Shown here one piece after another: positions 21,209-32,095 of a stretch of DNA of 64,000 bases. The notes beneath the pieces are model-generated. The model saw only the letters and a list, made by a program, of their open reading frames with translations, made no database searches and had not been told where the DNA came from. The position numbers and the translations under genes were made by a program. The DNA lies in contig OZ253564.1 in assembly GCA_965262915.1 (NCBI GenBank), positions 4,256,001 through 4,320,000 on the forward strand. Direction: 5' to 3'. The stretch's first letter is position 1. Each line of letters starts with the position of its first letter. The stretch is from Candidatus Spongiisociaceae bacterium (GTDB lineage: Bacteria > Actinomycetota > Acidimicrobiia > Spongiisociales > Spongiisociaceae).

Positions 21209-24200
21209 ATGACCACCGACATCAGTGAGAAGGGTCTAGAGCGCCTCATCTGTACGGCGCTGACGGGCAGTCCGTGTGACACGCCTCGGCCGGACGCGAA
21301 GCATGAACGGCCGTCCAGCAACGGAGTGGGCTGGATTTGTGGAGGCCCGAAGGACTATGACCGAGAACACTGCGTCGACCTGGCCCATCTCTCCGCCTTT
21401 CTCCAAGCCACCCAGCCCGACGTTGCCGATTCGCTGAATCTCGGCCAGGACAACCCGACGCGGCGCAAGTTCCTGGCCAGGTTGCAGGGACAGATCACCA
21501 AGCGCGGCACAATCGACGTGCTGCGCAAAGGCATCAAGCACGGGCCGCATCAGATCGACCTGATGTACGGCACGCCGTCGTCGGGGAACGTGAAGGCCCA
21601 GACCCTCTACGGGCAGAACCGCTTCAGCGTGACGCGACAGCTCCGGTTCAGCAATGACAACGCCCAGCTCGCCTTGGACCTATGCCTGTTCGTCAATGGC
21701 CTGCCCGTCGCCACCTTCGAGCTGAAGAACAGCCTGACCAAACAAACGGTGGAAGACGCCGTCGAGCAGTACAGGCGGGATCGAAACCCCAGGGAGAAGC
21801 TGTTCGAGCTTGGCCGCTGCCTGGCTCACTTCTCCGTTGATGACCACGAGGTGAAGTACTGCACACACCTTCGGGGCAAGGCGTCGTGGTTCCTGCCCTT
21901 CAACAAAGGGTGGAACGACGGCGCGGGCAATCCCCCGAATCCCGATGGGCTCAAGACCGACTACTGTGGAAGAAGGTTCTCACCCCTGATGGGCTGACCG
22001 ACATCATCGAGAACTACGCCCAGATCGTGGAAACGAAGGATTATAAGACCGGGCGCAAGAAGCGGGAGCAGATATGGCCCCGCTACCACCAGTTGGAGGT
22101 AGTGCGAAAACTGTTGGCCGACGCCTCCGGTAGAGGAGTCGGTTCCCGGTACCTGATCCAGCACTCGGCGGGCAGCGGCAAGTCCAACTCCATCGCCTGA
22201 CTGGCCCACCAGTTGATCGGGCTGGAGCGGGACGGCGGGACGCTCTTCGACTCGGTGATCGTCGTCACGGACCGGAGGCTGCTGGACCAACAGATACGGG
22301 ACACCATCAAACAGTTCGCCCAGGTCGGTGCGGTCGTGGGGCATGCCGAGGACTCCCGCCACCTTCGCACCCTCCTGCAAGAGGGCAAGCGGATCGTCAT
22401 CACCACGGTCCAGAAGTTCCCGTTCATCCTCGACGCCATCGGGAAGGAGCATCGGAGGCGCAAGTTCGCCATCATCATCGATGAAGCCCATTCGAGCCAG
22501 GGAGGGAAGACATCAGCGTCGGTGTCCATGGCGTTGGGTGAGGCCGGCGCTGAGGAAGAGGACGAAACCACCGAGGACAAGATCAACCGGATAATGGAGT
22601 CCAAGAAGCTGCTGGCTAACGCGAGCTACTTCGCCTTCACCGCCACCCCCAAGAACAAGACGCTGGAGATCTTCGGCACGGCCGTTCCCGAAGGTGAGGG
22701 AAGCAAGTACGTGCCTTTTCATTCCTACACCATGAAGCAGGCCATCCAGGAGGGTTTCATCATCGACGTGCTGAAGAACTACACGTCGGTGAACACCTAC
22801 TACCGCTTGGTCAAGACGGTGGAGGGCGACCCGGAGTTCGACACCAAGCGGGCCGGTAAGAAGCTGCGCCGCTATGTGGAGGACCATGATCACGCCATCC
22901 GCCTCAAGGCGGAGATCATGGTGGACCACTTCCACGAGCAGGTGACCGGCCTGCAGAAGATAGGCGGCCAGGCGCGGGCCATGGTGGTGACGAGCAGCAT
23001 CCGGCGGGCCGTCACCTACTTCGACGCCATCCGGGGTTACCTGGCGGCGCGCAAGAGCCCCTACAAGGCCATCGCCGCCTTCTCCGGCGAGCACGAGTAC
23101 GGCGGCGCGAAGGTCACCGAGGCGTCCCTCAACGGCTTCTCGTCGAACCTGATCGGCGACAGGATCCAGGAAGACCCGTACCGCTTCCTGGTCTGCGCCG
23201 ACAAGTTCCAGACCGGCTACGACGAGCCGTTGCTGCACACGATGTACGTGGACAAGCCGCTGTCGGGCGTGAGGGCGGTCCAGACGCTGTCGCGTCTCAA
23301 CCGGGCGCACCCCAAGAAGCACGACGCCTTCGTGCTTGACTTCACGAACGACGCCGACACGATCCAGGCCGCCTTCGCCGACTACTACCGGACAACGATC
23401 CTGGCGGAGGAAACCGACCCCGACAGGCTGCATGACCTCAAGGCGACGCTCGATGGCTACCAGGTCTACAGCCCGACTCACGTGAATGAGTTGGTGAAGC
23501 GGTACCTTTCTGGAGCCGACCGCGACCGGATCGATCCCATCCTGGACGGATGCGTCTCGACCTACCAGGAGGAATTGGACGAGGATGGTCAGGTGGCATT
23601 CAAGGGCAGGGCGAAGGCGTTCCTTCGGGCCTACGGGTTCCTGGCAGCCATCCTGCCCTACACCTACGCCGAGTGGGAGAAGCTTTCGATCTTTCTGACT
23701 TTCCTCGTTCCCAGGCTGCCCGCCCCCATCGAGGACGACTTGTCGAAGGGGATCCTCGAAGCCATCGATATGGACAGCTACCGGGTGGAGAAGCAGGCGG
23801 TGCAGAACATCCAGCTTGCCGACGAAGACGCAGAGATCGGGCCGGTCCCCACCGAGGGTGGAGGGCAGAGGCCTGAACCGGAGATGGACCTGCTCTCCAA
23901 CATCGTCGAGGAATTCAACGATCAGTTCGGAGGCATCGATTGGAGGGACCACGACAGGATCGAGAAGGTAATCACCGAGGAGTTACCCGAGAAGGTCGGC
24001 GGCGACAGGGCGTATCAGAACGCGATGGCCAACTCCGACAAGCAGAACGCCCGGATCGAGCACGACAAGGCCTTGGGACTAGCCATGACCCACCTCGTAG
24101 CAGTCCACACCGAGTTGTTCAAGCAGTTCAGCGACAACGATTCCTTCCATAGGTGGCTCTCGGGGAGGATTTTCGATGTCACCTATCGCAGTTCAGCCCC

Positions 24201-24243
24201 CTACCGTCCAACGCACCATGAAGTAGGGACCGCTGACACATAA
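21209..24243 (+). pseudogene. hsdR: Type I RM restriction subunit HsdR with a 1-nt deletion near 21964 and TGA at 22198-22200
   Basis: MTTDISEKGLE...LDLCLFVNGLPVATFELKN...GLKTDY/LWKKVL...QHSAGSGKSNSIA*LAHQL...DEAH...TATP...FQTGYD...QTLSRLNR. Confidence 0.92.
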
Positions 24244-24458
24244 GCCTATCGACACGGCGGAGCTTTCCTTGCGCCCGTCACGCGCCGACAAGCCATATCG
24301 TGGAAGGTTGCATGGTGGCCTTCCGCTACGGGGCCCTTCCCCGAGTCGCGCTCGGCCCCCTCCAGAAGCCTCCGTCCTGCAGTTTGGACAGGTTTCATCC
24401 TACAGTCTGGATGGATCTCGTCCTACAGGCTGATCGCGGCGGGCAGCCGACAGAAGGT

Positions 24459-24812
24459 CTATTCCCGCTCCTGGTCGCGTTCGTAGCGGTGTAGGGCTAC
24501 CAGGAACATGGTGAAGAGGATCGCGGAGGCCGCGGCGAAGGCGCCGGGGATGATCCGGATCTCGAAGGCGTTCAAACCCTCGAAATCGACCGGGCGGGGA
24601 CCGCGCGGGGCGTAGAGCACGAACAGGATCGAGTTGATGGTGGTCCACCCGAAGATGCCCGCCCCGGAGACCAGGATGGCCAGCCGCTTGCCCAGGTTGG
24701 TGTATTGCAGCAGGTACACGCTGCCGAAGAAGACCAGCAGGGCCGCCAGCGTGAGAACGATGCCCGTGAAGAGCAGGTTCTGCGACAGCAAGGCCCGGAA
24801 CAGCTCGCGCAC
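24459..24812 (-). CDS. Small 3-TM membrane protein, last gene of the Rieske/cyt b operon
   Basis: Three hydrophobic segments; start overlaps the cytochrome c stop. Confidence 0.7.
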   Translation of the reverse strand: MRELFRALLSQNLLFTGIVLTLAALLVFFGSVYLLQYTNLGKRLAILVSGAGIFGWTTINSILFVLYAPRGPRPVDFEGLNAFEIRIIPGAFAAASAILFTMFLVALHRYERDQERE

Positions 24813-26281
24813 TACTCCTCCCCTCCTTCCGTTCCGGTACCGTCCACGTAGTCCCTTCCATCCAGCGTGGCACCCCGCAGGTACCGGACGATCAGGTTGA
24901 GGTCGTCTGCGGACAGCACCATACCGAAACCGGGCATCCGGCCCGAGCCGACCCCGTTGACGCCGTAGCCCTGCCCGGAGTCCGATCCGACCGAGATGAA
25001 GTCGTACATGTCCTCCGTTGTGAGGAACTGGGTGAGCGCCCGCCCATCACGCAGGGACGGTCCCAGCGAGCCCGACGCCTGGGACTGCTGGAAGGCGGGA
25101 CCGGCCGAATAGCCCGCGGAATGGCAGCGGGCGCAGTAGGCGTTGAACAGGCCCACCGCCCGGGAGGCCGCCTCCCCGTCACCCTCGAACGTAGCCCCGG
25201 CCACCGCGTCCGCGTCCACCCTCCAGCGGGCGCGGTGAGCGGCGCCTTCCAGGAACTCGAGACCGAACCGGGCCTGGTCTGCCAGCACGGACTGGTTCTG
25301 CGACGTGATGGTGAGGGAGGTGGCGGTCGACTCCAGGTCACCCACGGCGCGGGCCGCCGAGCGGGCATCTCCGATCCCGATCAGCGTCTCGGCGTTGCGG
25401 GGATCGAATGCCAACTCCGTCGCCACGAACCCGGCGGTTCGGGCCTGCCGGAGGACGGCGGTCAACCCGGTCTCGGACACGTCGGACAGGCCGTCACCAT
25501 CGGTGTCGATCCCCACACCGGCTCCCTCGAGGAGGTCACGGGCCCGCTCGGCGATGTCCGAGGCCACCAGCGAGGTCTCGCCCGAGGTCCGGATCGTCTC
25601 GATCAGATCCTCCTGTTCGGCGATCTGGGCGTCCACCGCGTCGGCGGCCCCCTCCAAGCGGTTGCCGGCCCCAACCACCAGACCCTCGACTTTGAGGAGG
25701 GCAGCGGTCTGGTCGACCTGGAACGACTCGATGTAGTTGAGCAGGTCGTCGATCTGCTGGCTGTTCAGGGGTCCGCCGCCGTCCAGGCCCCAGGCCGGCA
25801 TCGGCGTGTTGGCCCTGCCGTAGACGATCCAGAACCCGATCTCGTCGCGGTTGTACCGGAAGAAGATGTCGTCGAGCGCCGGAGACGCCCAGCCCGCCAC
25901 GTTGACCTGCGAGCGCTCCTCCAGGAAGGCGGCCACCCCACCTCCGCCTACCGTCCCGTGGCATCCGCCGCAGGCGAACTCCTCCCAGACCTCGTGGCCC
26001 CGCTCGAGCGACCCATCGCCGAACTCCTCGACGAAGCCTTCCTGGCGGTCCAACTCCCCGAGGTAGTAGATCGGCATGGCCAGGGTGAGGAAGGCGGCGC
26101 TGAGCACCGCCCCCACCAGGGCGCGATCGAGCCGTGTGGTCTCCATCTCGTCGTCGGTCTGGGAGACCGACAGGTTGGACGGTACGGGGTCCTTGCGATC
26201 CCGCCGGGATCCCGAGCCCACGAGGTACGCGAACCAGCCGATCGCGCCCAGCGCCACGATCGTGACAACCAGAGTCGCCAC
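24812..26281 (-). CDS. Membrane-anchored diheme cytochrome c
   Basis: Two N-terminal TM segments; CGGCH...PMPAW and CARCH...GRMPGF. Confidence 0.9.
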   Translation of the reverse strand: MATLVVTIVALGAIGWFAYLVGSGSRRDRKDPVPSNLSVSQTDDEMETTRLDRALVGAVLSAAFLTLAMPIYYLGELDRQEGFVEEFGDGSLERGHEVWEEFACGGCHGTVGGGGVAAFLEERSQVNVAGWASPALDDIFFRYNRDEIGFWIVYGRANTPMPAWGLDGGGPLNSQQIDDLLNYIESFQVDQTAALLKVEGLVVGAGNRLEGAADAVDAQIAEQEDLIETIRTSGETSLVASDIAERARDLLEGAGVGIDTDGDGLSDVSETGLTAVLRQARTAGFVATELAFDPRNAETLIGIGDARSAARAVGDLESTATSLTITSQNQSVLADQARFGLEFLEGAAHRARWRVDADAVAGATFEGDGEAASRAVGLFNAYCARCHSAGYSAGPAFQQSQASGSLGPSLRDGRALTQFLTTEDMYDFISVGSDSGQGYGVNGVGSGRMPGFGMVLSADDLNLIVRYLRGATLDGRDYVDGTGTEGGEE

Positions 26282-26284
26282 CGG

Positions 26285-27205
26285 CTATGCCTCCTCGTCG
26301 GTCGTCGTGAGAGCGATGCACGACGGACCCTGCGGATACTGGACGGTCTTGGCGATGGCCCGGGCGGTCTGGAAGATGGTTCCGGTCTTGACGATCAGGC
26401 GTCCGTTCTCCTCGAACACCTCGAACCGATCAAGGTTGCGGGGCGCAGGACCGGCTTGGTACTCCCCCGCGTAGTTGTACTTGGACCCGTGGCACGGGCA
26501 CTCGAAACCCTGGGAGGTCTCGCACCAGGGAACCCGGCAGCCCAAGTGCACGCACCGCTGGAAGAGAACGGAAAGGCCGCCGACCACGACCGGCATTCCT
26601 TCGAACTGCGAACGGGACATGTCCGACTCCGCGAACGGCACTATGTAGGCGCGGGCCGCGGGTACGAACTTGGGGAGTACCGAACCGTCGTTGAGGACTA
26701 CCTCTGCCTGGAGATCGGCGACGGCGCCCACATCGATGTCGGATCCGAACCCGCCCGACAGGCGGGGCCAGAGGAACGCCAGGTAGGAGATGCCGTTGAG
26801 CCCCAGAAAGGCGCCGAACGTGATGCCCAGGGCACGGGTGAAGAATTGGCGCCGGTTGACGCCGGCCTCCTGGGGTGAGAGTTCCTCGACCCTCATCACC
26901 TCGACCGCCTGCATGGCTACGGGAGCCGCCTCGGCTTCGGGAGCACCCGGCGCTCTGTCCGGCGACTCCCCCGGAGCGGCCGCGACCGGAGGGGCTTCGT
27001 CGGCCGGCGCCGGACGGCTGACCACCACCGGTGACGGCACCGCCGAACGATCCGCCCTGCGCGTCTCGCGCGAGACCGCCGACCTCCATGACCTGGTGGG
27101 CCGGGGAGGAGCGGCGCTGCGCCGGTAGGCAATGACGAAGGCGCCCAGCACACCGACCACCACGACCCCGGATATCGCCACGATCAGCAACTGGAGCGCG
27201 GTCAT
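26285..27205 (-). CDS. Rieske [2Fe-2S] subunit of a quinol:cytochrome c reductase
   Basis: Start MTALQLL (ATG 27205, overlaps the upstream stop). Motifs CVHLGC, CPCHGS and GPAPRNL; internal NRRQFF twin-arginine motif. Confidence 0.93.
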   Translation of the reverse strand: MTALQLLIVAISGVVVVGVLGAFVIAYRRSAAPPRPTRSWRSAVSRETRRADRSAVPSPVVVSRPAPADEAPPVAAAPGESPDRAPGAPEAEAAPVAMQAVEVMRVEELSPQEAGVNRRQFFTRALGITFGAFLGLNGISYLAFLWPRLSGGFGSDIDVGAVADLQAEVVLNDGSVLPKFVPAARAYIVPFAESDMSRSQFEGMPVVVGGLSVLFQRCVHLGCRVPWCETSQGFECPCHGSKYNYAGEYQAGPAPRNLDRFEVFEENGRLIVKTGTIFQTARAIAKTVQYPQGPSCIALTTTDEEA

Positions 27206-28086
27206 TCGAAATTCACCCAGTCCTTGAGGTCGTCGAACCAGATCCCGTCGGCCCACGGGTAGGTGAAGTTGAAGCCCGGACCCCGGAACAGGGTTCCCAG
27301 CAGGGTCAGGGTGGCCGAGCCGGCCAGGAAGAGCGTGAAGAGCATGATGGCGAACTTGCGGTCCGAGGGTTTGGTGGACGGGTTGCGGTCCACGTACGGG
27401 ATGGCCATGAATCCCACCAGGCCGGTGATGGTCGGGATGATGACACCCGCGACCTGGGGGTCGTAGTAGGACAGCAGTTCCTGGAGGCCCAGGAAGTACC
27501 ACGGCGCCTTGGACGGGTTGGGGGTCTGGTTGAAGTTGGCCAGTTCCAGGAGCGGGGCCTGGAGGATCACCGAGAGCACGATCAGGAACGCGGTACACAC
27601 CATCAGGGCGGTGAACTCGGCGATCATCAAGTGGGGCCAGGTGTTGACCTTGTCGGTGGGGGTGGCCTTGACCTGCTGGATGGCCCTCGCCTTGACGACG
27701 GTGAGCAGCCGATGGGGTCTCACACCCTCGGGTATCTCCTCGGGCGGCGCCATGGGCCGGGGCGAGACGGTGGTGGCGGCCCCGTTGCCCGTCACGGGCG
27801 GCACCACCGTGGTGGCTGCCGCAACCGATGTCTCGGGCGCCGGTGGAGGTGGTGGTGCCGGAGCGGCCGCAGAAGGAGGGACGACCGGCGCGGACGGGAC
27901 CGCCCGAGGCGGAGGTGCCGGAGCGGCCGCAGAAGGAGGGGCACCCGAGGGCCTCGGGGACGCGGCCGGCTGTGCCGGGGGTCTCTCGCCCCGCATCTCG
28001 GCCAGCACCTGCTCGACCGGTACGCCGAGCGCCTTGGCCGTCGCCTCCGCCGACCGTCGTAGCAGGTGTTCGGGTATCTCGGCCAT
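27202..28086 (-). CDS. Cytochrome b C-terminal half (subunit IV/PetD-like) with an N-terminal PEHL module and Pro/Ala linker
   Basis: TWPHLM...TPNPSKAPWYFLGLQELL...IPYVDRNPS...RKFA. Confidence 0.88.
   Translation of the reverse strand: MAEIPEHLLRRSAEATAKALGVPVEQVLAEMRGERPPAQPAASPRPSGAPPSAAAPAPPPRAVPSAPVVPPSAAAPAPPPPPAPETSVAAATTVVPPVTGNGAATTVSPRPMAPPEEIPEGVRPHRLLTVVKARAIQQVKATPTDKVNTWPHLMIAEFTALMVCTAFLIVLSVILQAPLLELANFNQTPNPSKAPWYFLGLQELLSYYDPQVAGVIIPTITGLVGFMAIPYVDRNPSTKPSDRKFAIMLFTLFLAGSATLTLLGTLFRGPGFNFTYPWADGIWFDDLKDWVNFE
27854..27940. repeat. 27-bp direct repeat, two copies 60 bp apart, encoding PPSAAAPAP
   Basis: GGTGCCGGAGCGGCCGCAGAAGGAGGG at 27854-27880 and 27914-27940. Confidence 0.9.
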
Positions 28087-28103
28087 CGGTCCTCAGCAGT
28101 CTC

Positions 28104-28874
<771 letters not shown>

Positions 28875-28890
28875 GATGTGTACACCTCCG

Positions 28891-29346
28891 TCACCAGCGC
28901 ATCCCGTAGGTGTAGCCGTTCTTGAAGTCGCGGGCGCCCGTGTCGTGGTCCCACGGCGCCTGATCGATCAGTCCGGCGTTGAGAGCCGTGTCGGTGACCG
29001 AGCCCTCGAACTTGCCGATCGATATCACGTTGGTGGGACAGCGGTCGATGCACAGCAGGCACCGGGTGCACTCGTACTCGTCGACCACGAAGAAGCCCAT
29101 GTTGTCCGAACTCTCCAAAGGATGGTCGACCCCGTGGGCCTCGTCGATCGCGTCCAGCGACAGGTAATGGATGCATTTCCACGGGCAGATGTCCACGCAG
29201 CCCTCGCAGAGGATGCACTCCGACTGGTTGATGTGGAGGAACTGGCGGGGCCGCACCTGATCCTGGACGTAGCCGGCGTCCACCATGGCAAGCTGGTAGT
29301 CGTCCCGGAAGGGGGGTGTCTCGAACCAGACTTCCGACTTGGCCAT
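28891..29346 (-). CDS. 2x[4Fe-4S] ferredoxin-like protein
   Basis: Motifs [12 protein letters not shown] and [12 protein letters not shown]; no TM segment or signal peptide. Confidence 0.9.
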   Translation of the reverse strand: MAKSEVWFETPPFRDDYQLAMVDAGYVQDQVRPRQFLHINQSECILCEGCVDICPWKCIHYLSLDAIDEAHGVDHPLESSDNMGFFVVDEYECTRCLLCIDRCPTNVISIGKFEGSVTDTALNAGLIDQAPWDHDTGARDFKNGYTYGMRW

Positions 29347-30120
29347 CTACTTGGCTCCCTTGACCAGTGGACGCCCGTATGGCGAGACCATCTCGTAAGG
29401 CTTCTCTTCGGGAATCGGCCCGCTGAAGCCTTGTATCCATCGGGCGAACAGGATGATAAAGGTGAGAGCGCCCATGTTGTAGTTGATCGAGACGAAGTCC
29501 TTGATGGCGCCCCAACTCACCCCCACATGGTTCCCGAGAACCAGAGGAGGCCAGATGCCGAAGGCGTCGTTCTGCTCGTTCCAGTTGAGGGGACCCTGCG
29601 CCAGGTTGAGCCATTCGGATGCCACCGTGCCGAGCAACAGCACCAGCTCCATCATGGCCAGGAAGGCGGCCAGGGCGGCCACGGACCAGGTCATCCTGCG
29701 GCCGAGAATGACCGCGACGGCGACACCGAGGAGCATCAACTGGCTACCGCCGAACGCCACGAGGTGTCCCAACGTCGACCAGGGCAGGCACCAGTCGCCT
29801 CCCTCGATCAGGCAGTCCCGCGGCAGCCAACCGAACACGTCCACGTCTACCGCCAGATCCACCGGGACCTGGGGAATGGCCGGATCCACCGACGGGGTGC
29901 GCGCCACCGTCCGCAACTCCCGGTCGAACGTGATCCGGTCGCCGGCCCGGACCCCGGTGGCGTCGTCCACGGAGACGGTCACCGTCTCCGCCGACGGGAA
30001 GTTGGCGTAGTGGTTGAACCAGACGCCCAAGACCAGGGTTCCCAGACCCAGGATGAACAACGCCCATCCGGCGAGCGCACGCTGGCGACCGGTCATCAGC
30101 CGAAGCCTGCGTTGCAGCAT
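29347..30120 (-). CDS. Hypothetical multi-TM membrane protein, first gene of the Rieske/cyt b operon
   Basis: About four hydrophobic segments; C-terminal SPYGRPLVKG; stop abuts the ferredoxin ATG. Confidence 0.75.
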   Translation of the reverse strand: MLQRRLRLMTGRQRALAGWALFILGLGTLVLGVWFNHYANFPSAETVTVSVDDATGVRAGDRITFDRELRTVARTPSVDPAIPQVPVDLAVDVDVFGWLPRDCLIEGGDWCLPWSTLGHLVAFGGSQLMLLGVAVAVILGRRMTWSVAALAAFLAMMELVLLLGTVASEWLNLAQGPLNWNEQNDAFGIWPPLVLGNHVGVSWGAIKDFVSINYNMGALTFIILFARWIQGFSGPIPEEKPYEMVSPYGRPLVKGAK

Positions 30121-30631
30121 CTGCTAGTTCGCCTCCCTGTCGCCTCGACGTCGTCCGGCCCACGCCGACCGGGCCGGCGCTGTCCACCCGCACACGAACC
30201 CCTGCCGGACCGGACTCGGGCAGGCTCCGGGTGGTGCCGGATCGGTCGATCCCATTGAAGCAGAAACGAGGTCACTCGCTAAACCCGCCCGGCGGCAAGG
30301 CAGGGGACCGGCGGGCTTGTCCCCGGACGGACCCCGGCGACCGTTGCGGAGCGCGGCGGTTCTCGATACATCAACAGCCAACCGGCCGCTCGTGATCGCT
30401 CCCGGCAGCACCTCTACAGTGCTCATCGATAGGTATGGGATCATACCGATATTGATTACTAGATGCGATCAACAACGGCACCGGCGATTCGCAAACAGCC
30501 CGGGTTCGCTCGCCCGAGTGGCCCTCCGTTCTGTATCCGCCAACGACCGGCCGCGGCAACCCGACCGAGGGGCCTCCGCGCAACGTTAATCTACCCTGGG
30601 GCAAGCAACGGCGACGCAGGGAGCATCGGGC

Positions 30632-32095
30632 TTGGCACAGCAGAACACCGACGCCCGCATGGCGCCGGAGCGCGCGAGCGGCAGCGACCATCCGGAGATT
30701 GCCGCGTCCGGTCTCATGGTCCTGTCGTGTCTCTTTCTCCTGGCGGGAGTGGGGCTGTTCACGCTGATGCTCATGAAGCTGGCGATCCCGACCTTGTTCG
30801 CAGACACCGCCTTCCTGTCTTACGGACGGATCCGTCCCGCCGCGGTCTCGATGCTCGTCTACGGTTTCGGTGGAACGCTCGCCCAGGCTGCCGCCTACTA
30901 CCTGACGCCCAGGCTGGTCGGCGTCCCGCTGCGAAACCAGCCCGTCGCCCTCCTAGCCGGCGCGGCCTACGGCGGTCTGGTGCTGATCGGTGCCTTGGTC
31001 GTGCTGTTCCGGGGACCCTCGGGACCCGAACTGGCCGAGTTCCCCCCTCTGGTTGACTGGCCTCTGGCGGCGGTCCTGCTGGTCCCACCGATGATCGTCA
31101 CCTCGATGATCCGCGACCGCACCGACGAAGGAACCTATATCTCGCTGCTCTACGTCATCGGAGCCGTATGGTGGTTCCCCGCCCTCCACATCACCGGCAG
31201 TATCCCGGGCTTGGGGAACATCGGCTCGTTTCTGCAGACCAGCCTGGTGGCCGGGGGGATGCTGACGCTGGCGCTCCCGGCTGCCGCCCTCGGCGCGGCC
31301 TACTACGTGGCGGTGAAGGAGAGCGGCCGACCTCTCTTCTCCGGACCGCTGGCCAGGGCCGGATTCTGGACCCTGGCCGGAACCGCCCTACTGGCCACAC
31401 CGGCCCGGTTCCTCGGCGGGCCGGCTCCCGGCTGGACCGAAACCATCGCGGTGACAGCCTCCATGGGATTGGCGCTGTCCGCTGTCACGGTGATGAGCAC
31501 TGTCGGCCTGACACTGTCGGGTGATTGGGAAACGACTCGTAGCAACATCGTGCTGCGGACGCTGTTCGCGGGCACGGTCACCTACTCCCTGATCACGCTG
31601 CTGATGGGAGTGTCCGGCTTCCGTTCGGTGGCTGCGGTGGTAGGTCTCACCACCTGGTACGACGGGCTCGCCACCGGGTTGATGATCGTGGCGATTCCGC
31701 TGCTGGGGGTGGCCTTCATTTTCTACGCCTTCCCCAGGATCACCGGGCGGGAACTCTCCGGAACCGGCCCGGCCGGCCGGGGCCTCCGGCTCACGCTCTG
31801 GGGCGGTGGCGCTGCGTCCGCTTCGTTGCTCGTCACCGGCCTCGTCACCGGCCTCACCTGGAACTGGGCCAGCGCGTCGGGAGCCCGATCGAACACCGGT
31901 GCCGGGTTCTCCTCGACGCTGGAAGGCCTCGACGTGCTGTTCACTCTCGCCGCGCTGGCTTGCGTCGTCGCGCTGGTGGGTCTGGCCCTCTTGATCTGGA
32001 CCGTGATCGGAACCTACATCGCGGGACCGGCCCGGGCTGTGGAGATCCTGATACCGGTCACGACCTCCGACCCTCGGGCGACCGGCGATGAGTGA
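30632..32095 (+). CDS. cbb3-type oxidase subunit I (CcoN)-like membrane protein lacking the heme/Cu His ligands
   Basis: About 12 TM segments. SYGRIRP...YGFGG, AAYYLTPRL, ELAEFP..VDW, YISLLY, AAYYVAVKESGRPLFS, GFW and FYAFPRITGRE track the CcoN pattern. Coupled to the CcoO-like gene. Confidence 0.8.
   Translation: MAQQNTDARMAPERASGSDHPEIAASGLMVLSCLFLLAGVGLFTLMLMKLAIPTLFADTAFLSYGRIRPAAVSMLVYGFGGTLAQAAAYYLTPRLVGVPLRNQPVALLAGAAYGGLVLIGALVVLFRGPSGPELAEFPPLVDWPLAAVLLVPPMIVTSMIRDRTDEGTYISLLYVIGAVWWFPALHITGSIPGLGNIGSFLQTSLVAGGMLTLALPAAALGAAYYVAVKESGRPLFSGPLARAGFWTLAGTALLATPARFLGGPAPGWTETIAVTASMGLALSAVTVMSTVGLTLSGDWETTRSNIVLRTLFAGTVTYSLITLLMGVSGFRSVAAVVGLTTWYDGLATGLMIVAIPLLGVAFIFYAFPRITGRELSGTGPAGRGLRLTLWGGGAASASLLVTGLVTGLTWNWASASGARSNTGAGFSSTLEGLDVLFTLAALACVVALVGLALLIWTVIGTYIAGPARAVEILIPVTTSDPRATGDE

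Noticed and set aside
16810-22200. Stop-codon recoding or phase variation explaining the RM lesions
   Set aside because: All three stop types occur plus two frameshifts, none in a simple-sequence tract; TAG and TGA end genes normally elsewhere in the window
16310-24400. Integrative element boundaries around the RM island
   Set aside because: No integrase, tRNA or flanking direct repeat was visible
30452-30472. FNR box
   Set aside because: The spacer between TTGAT and ATCAA is 11 nt, not 4
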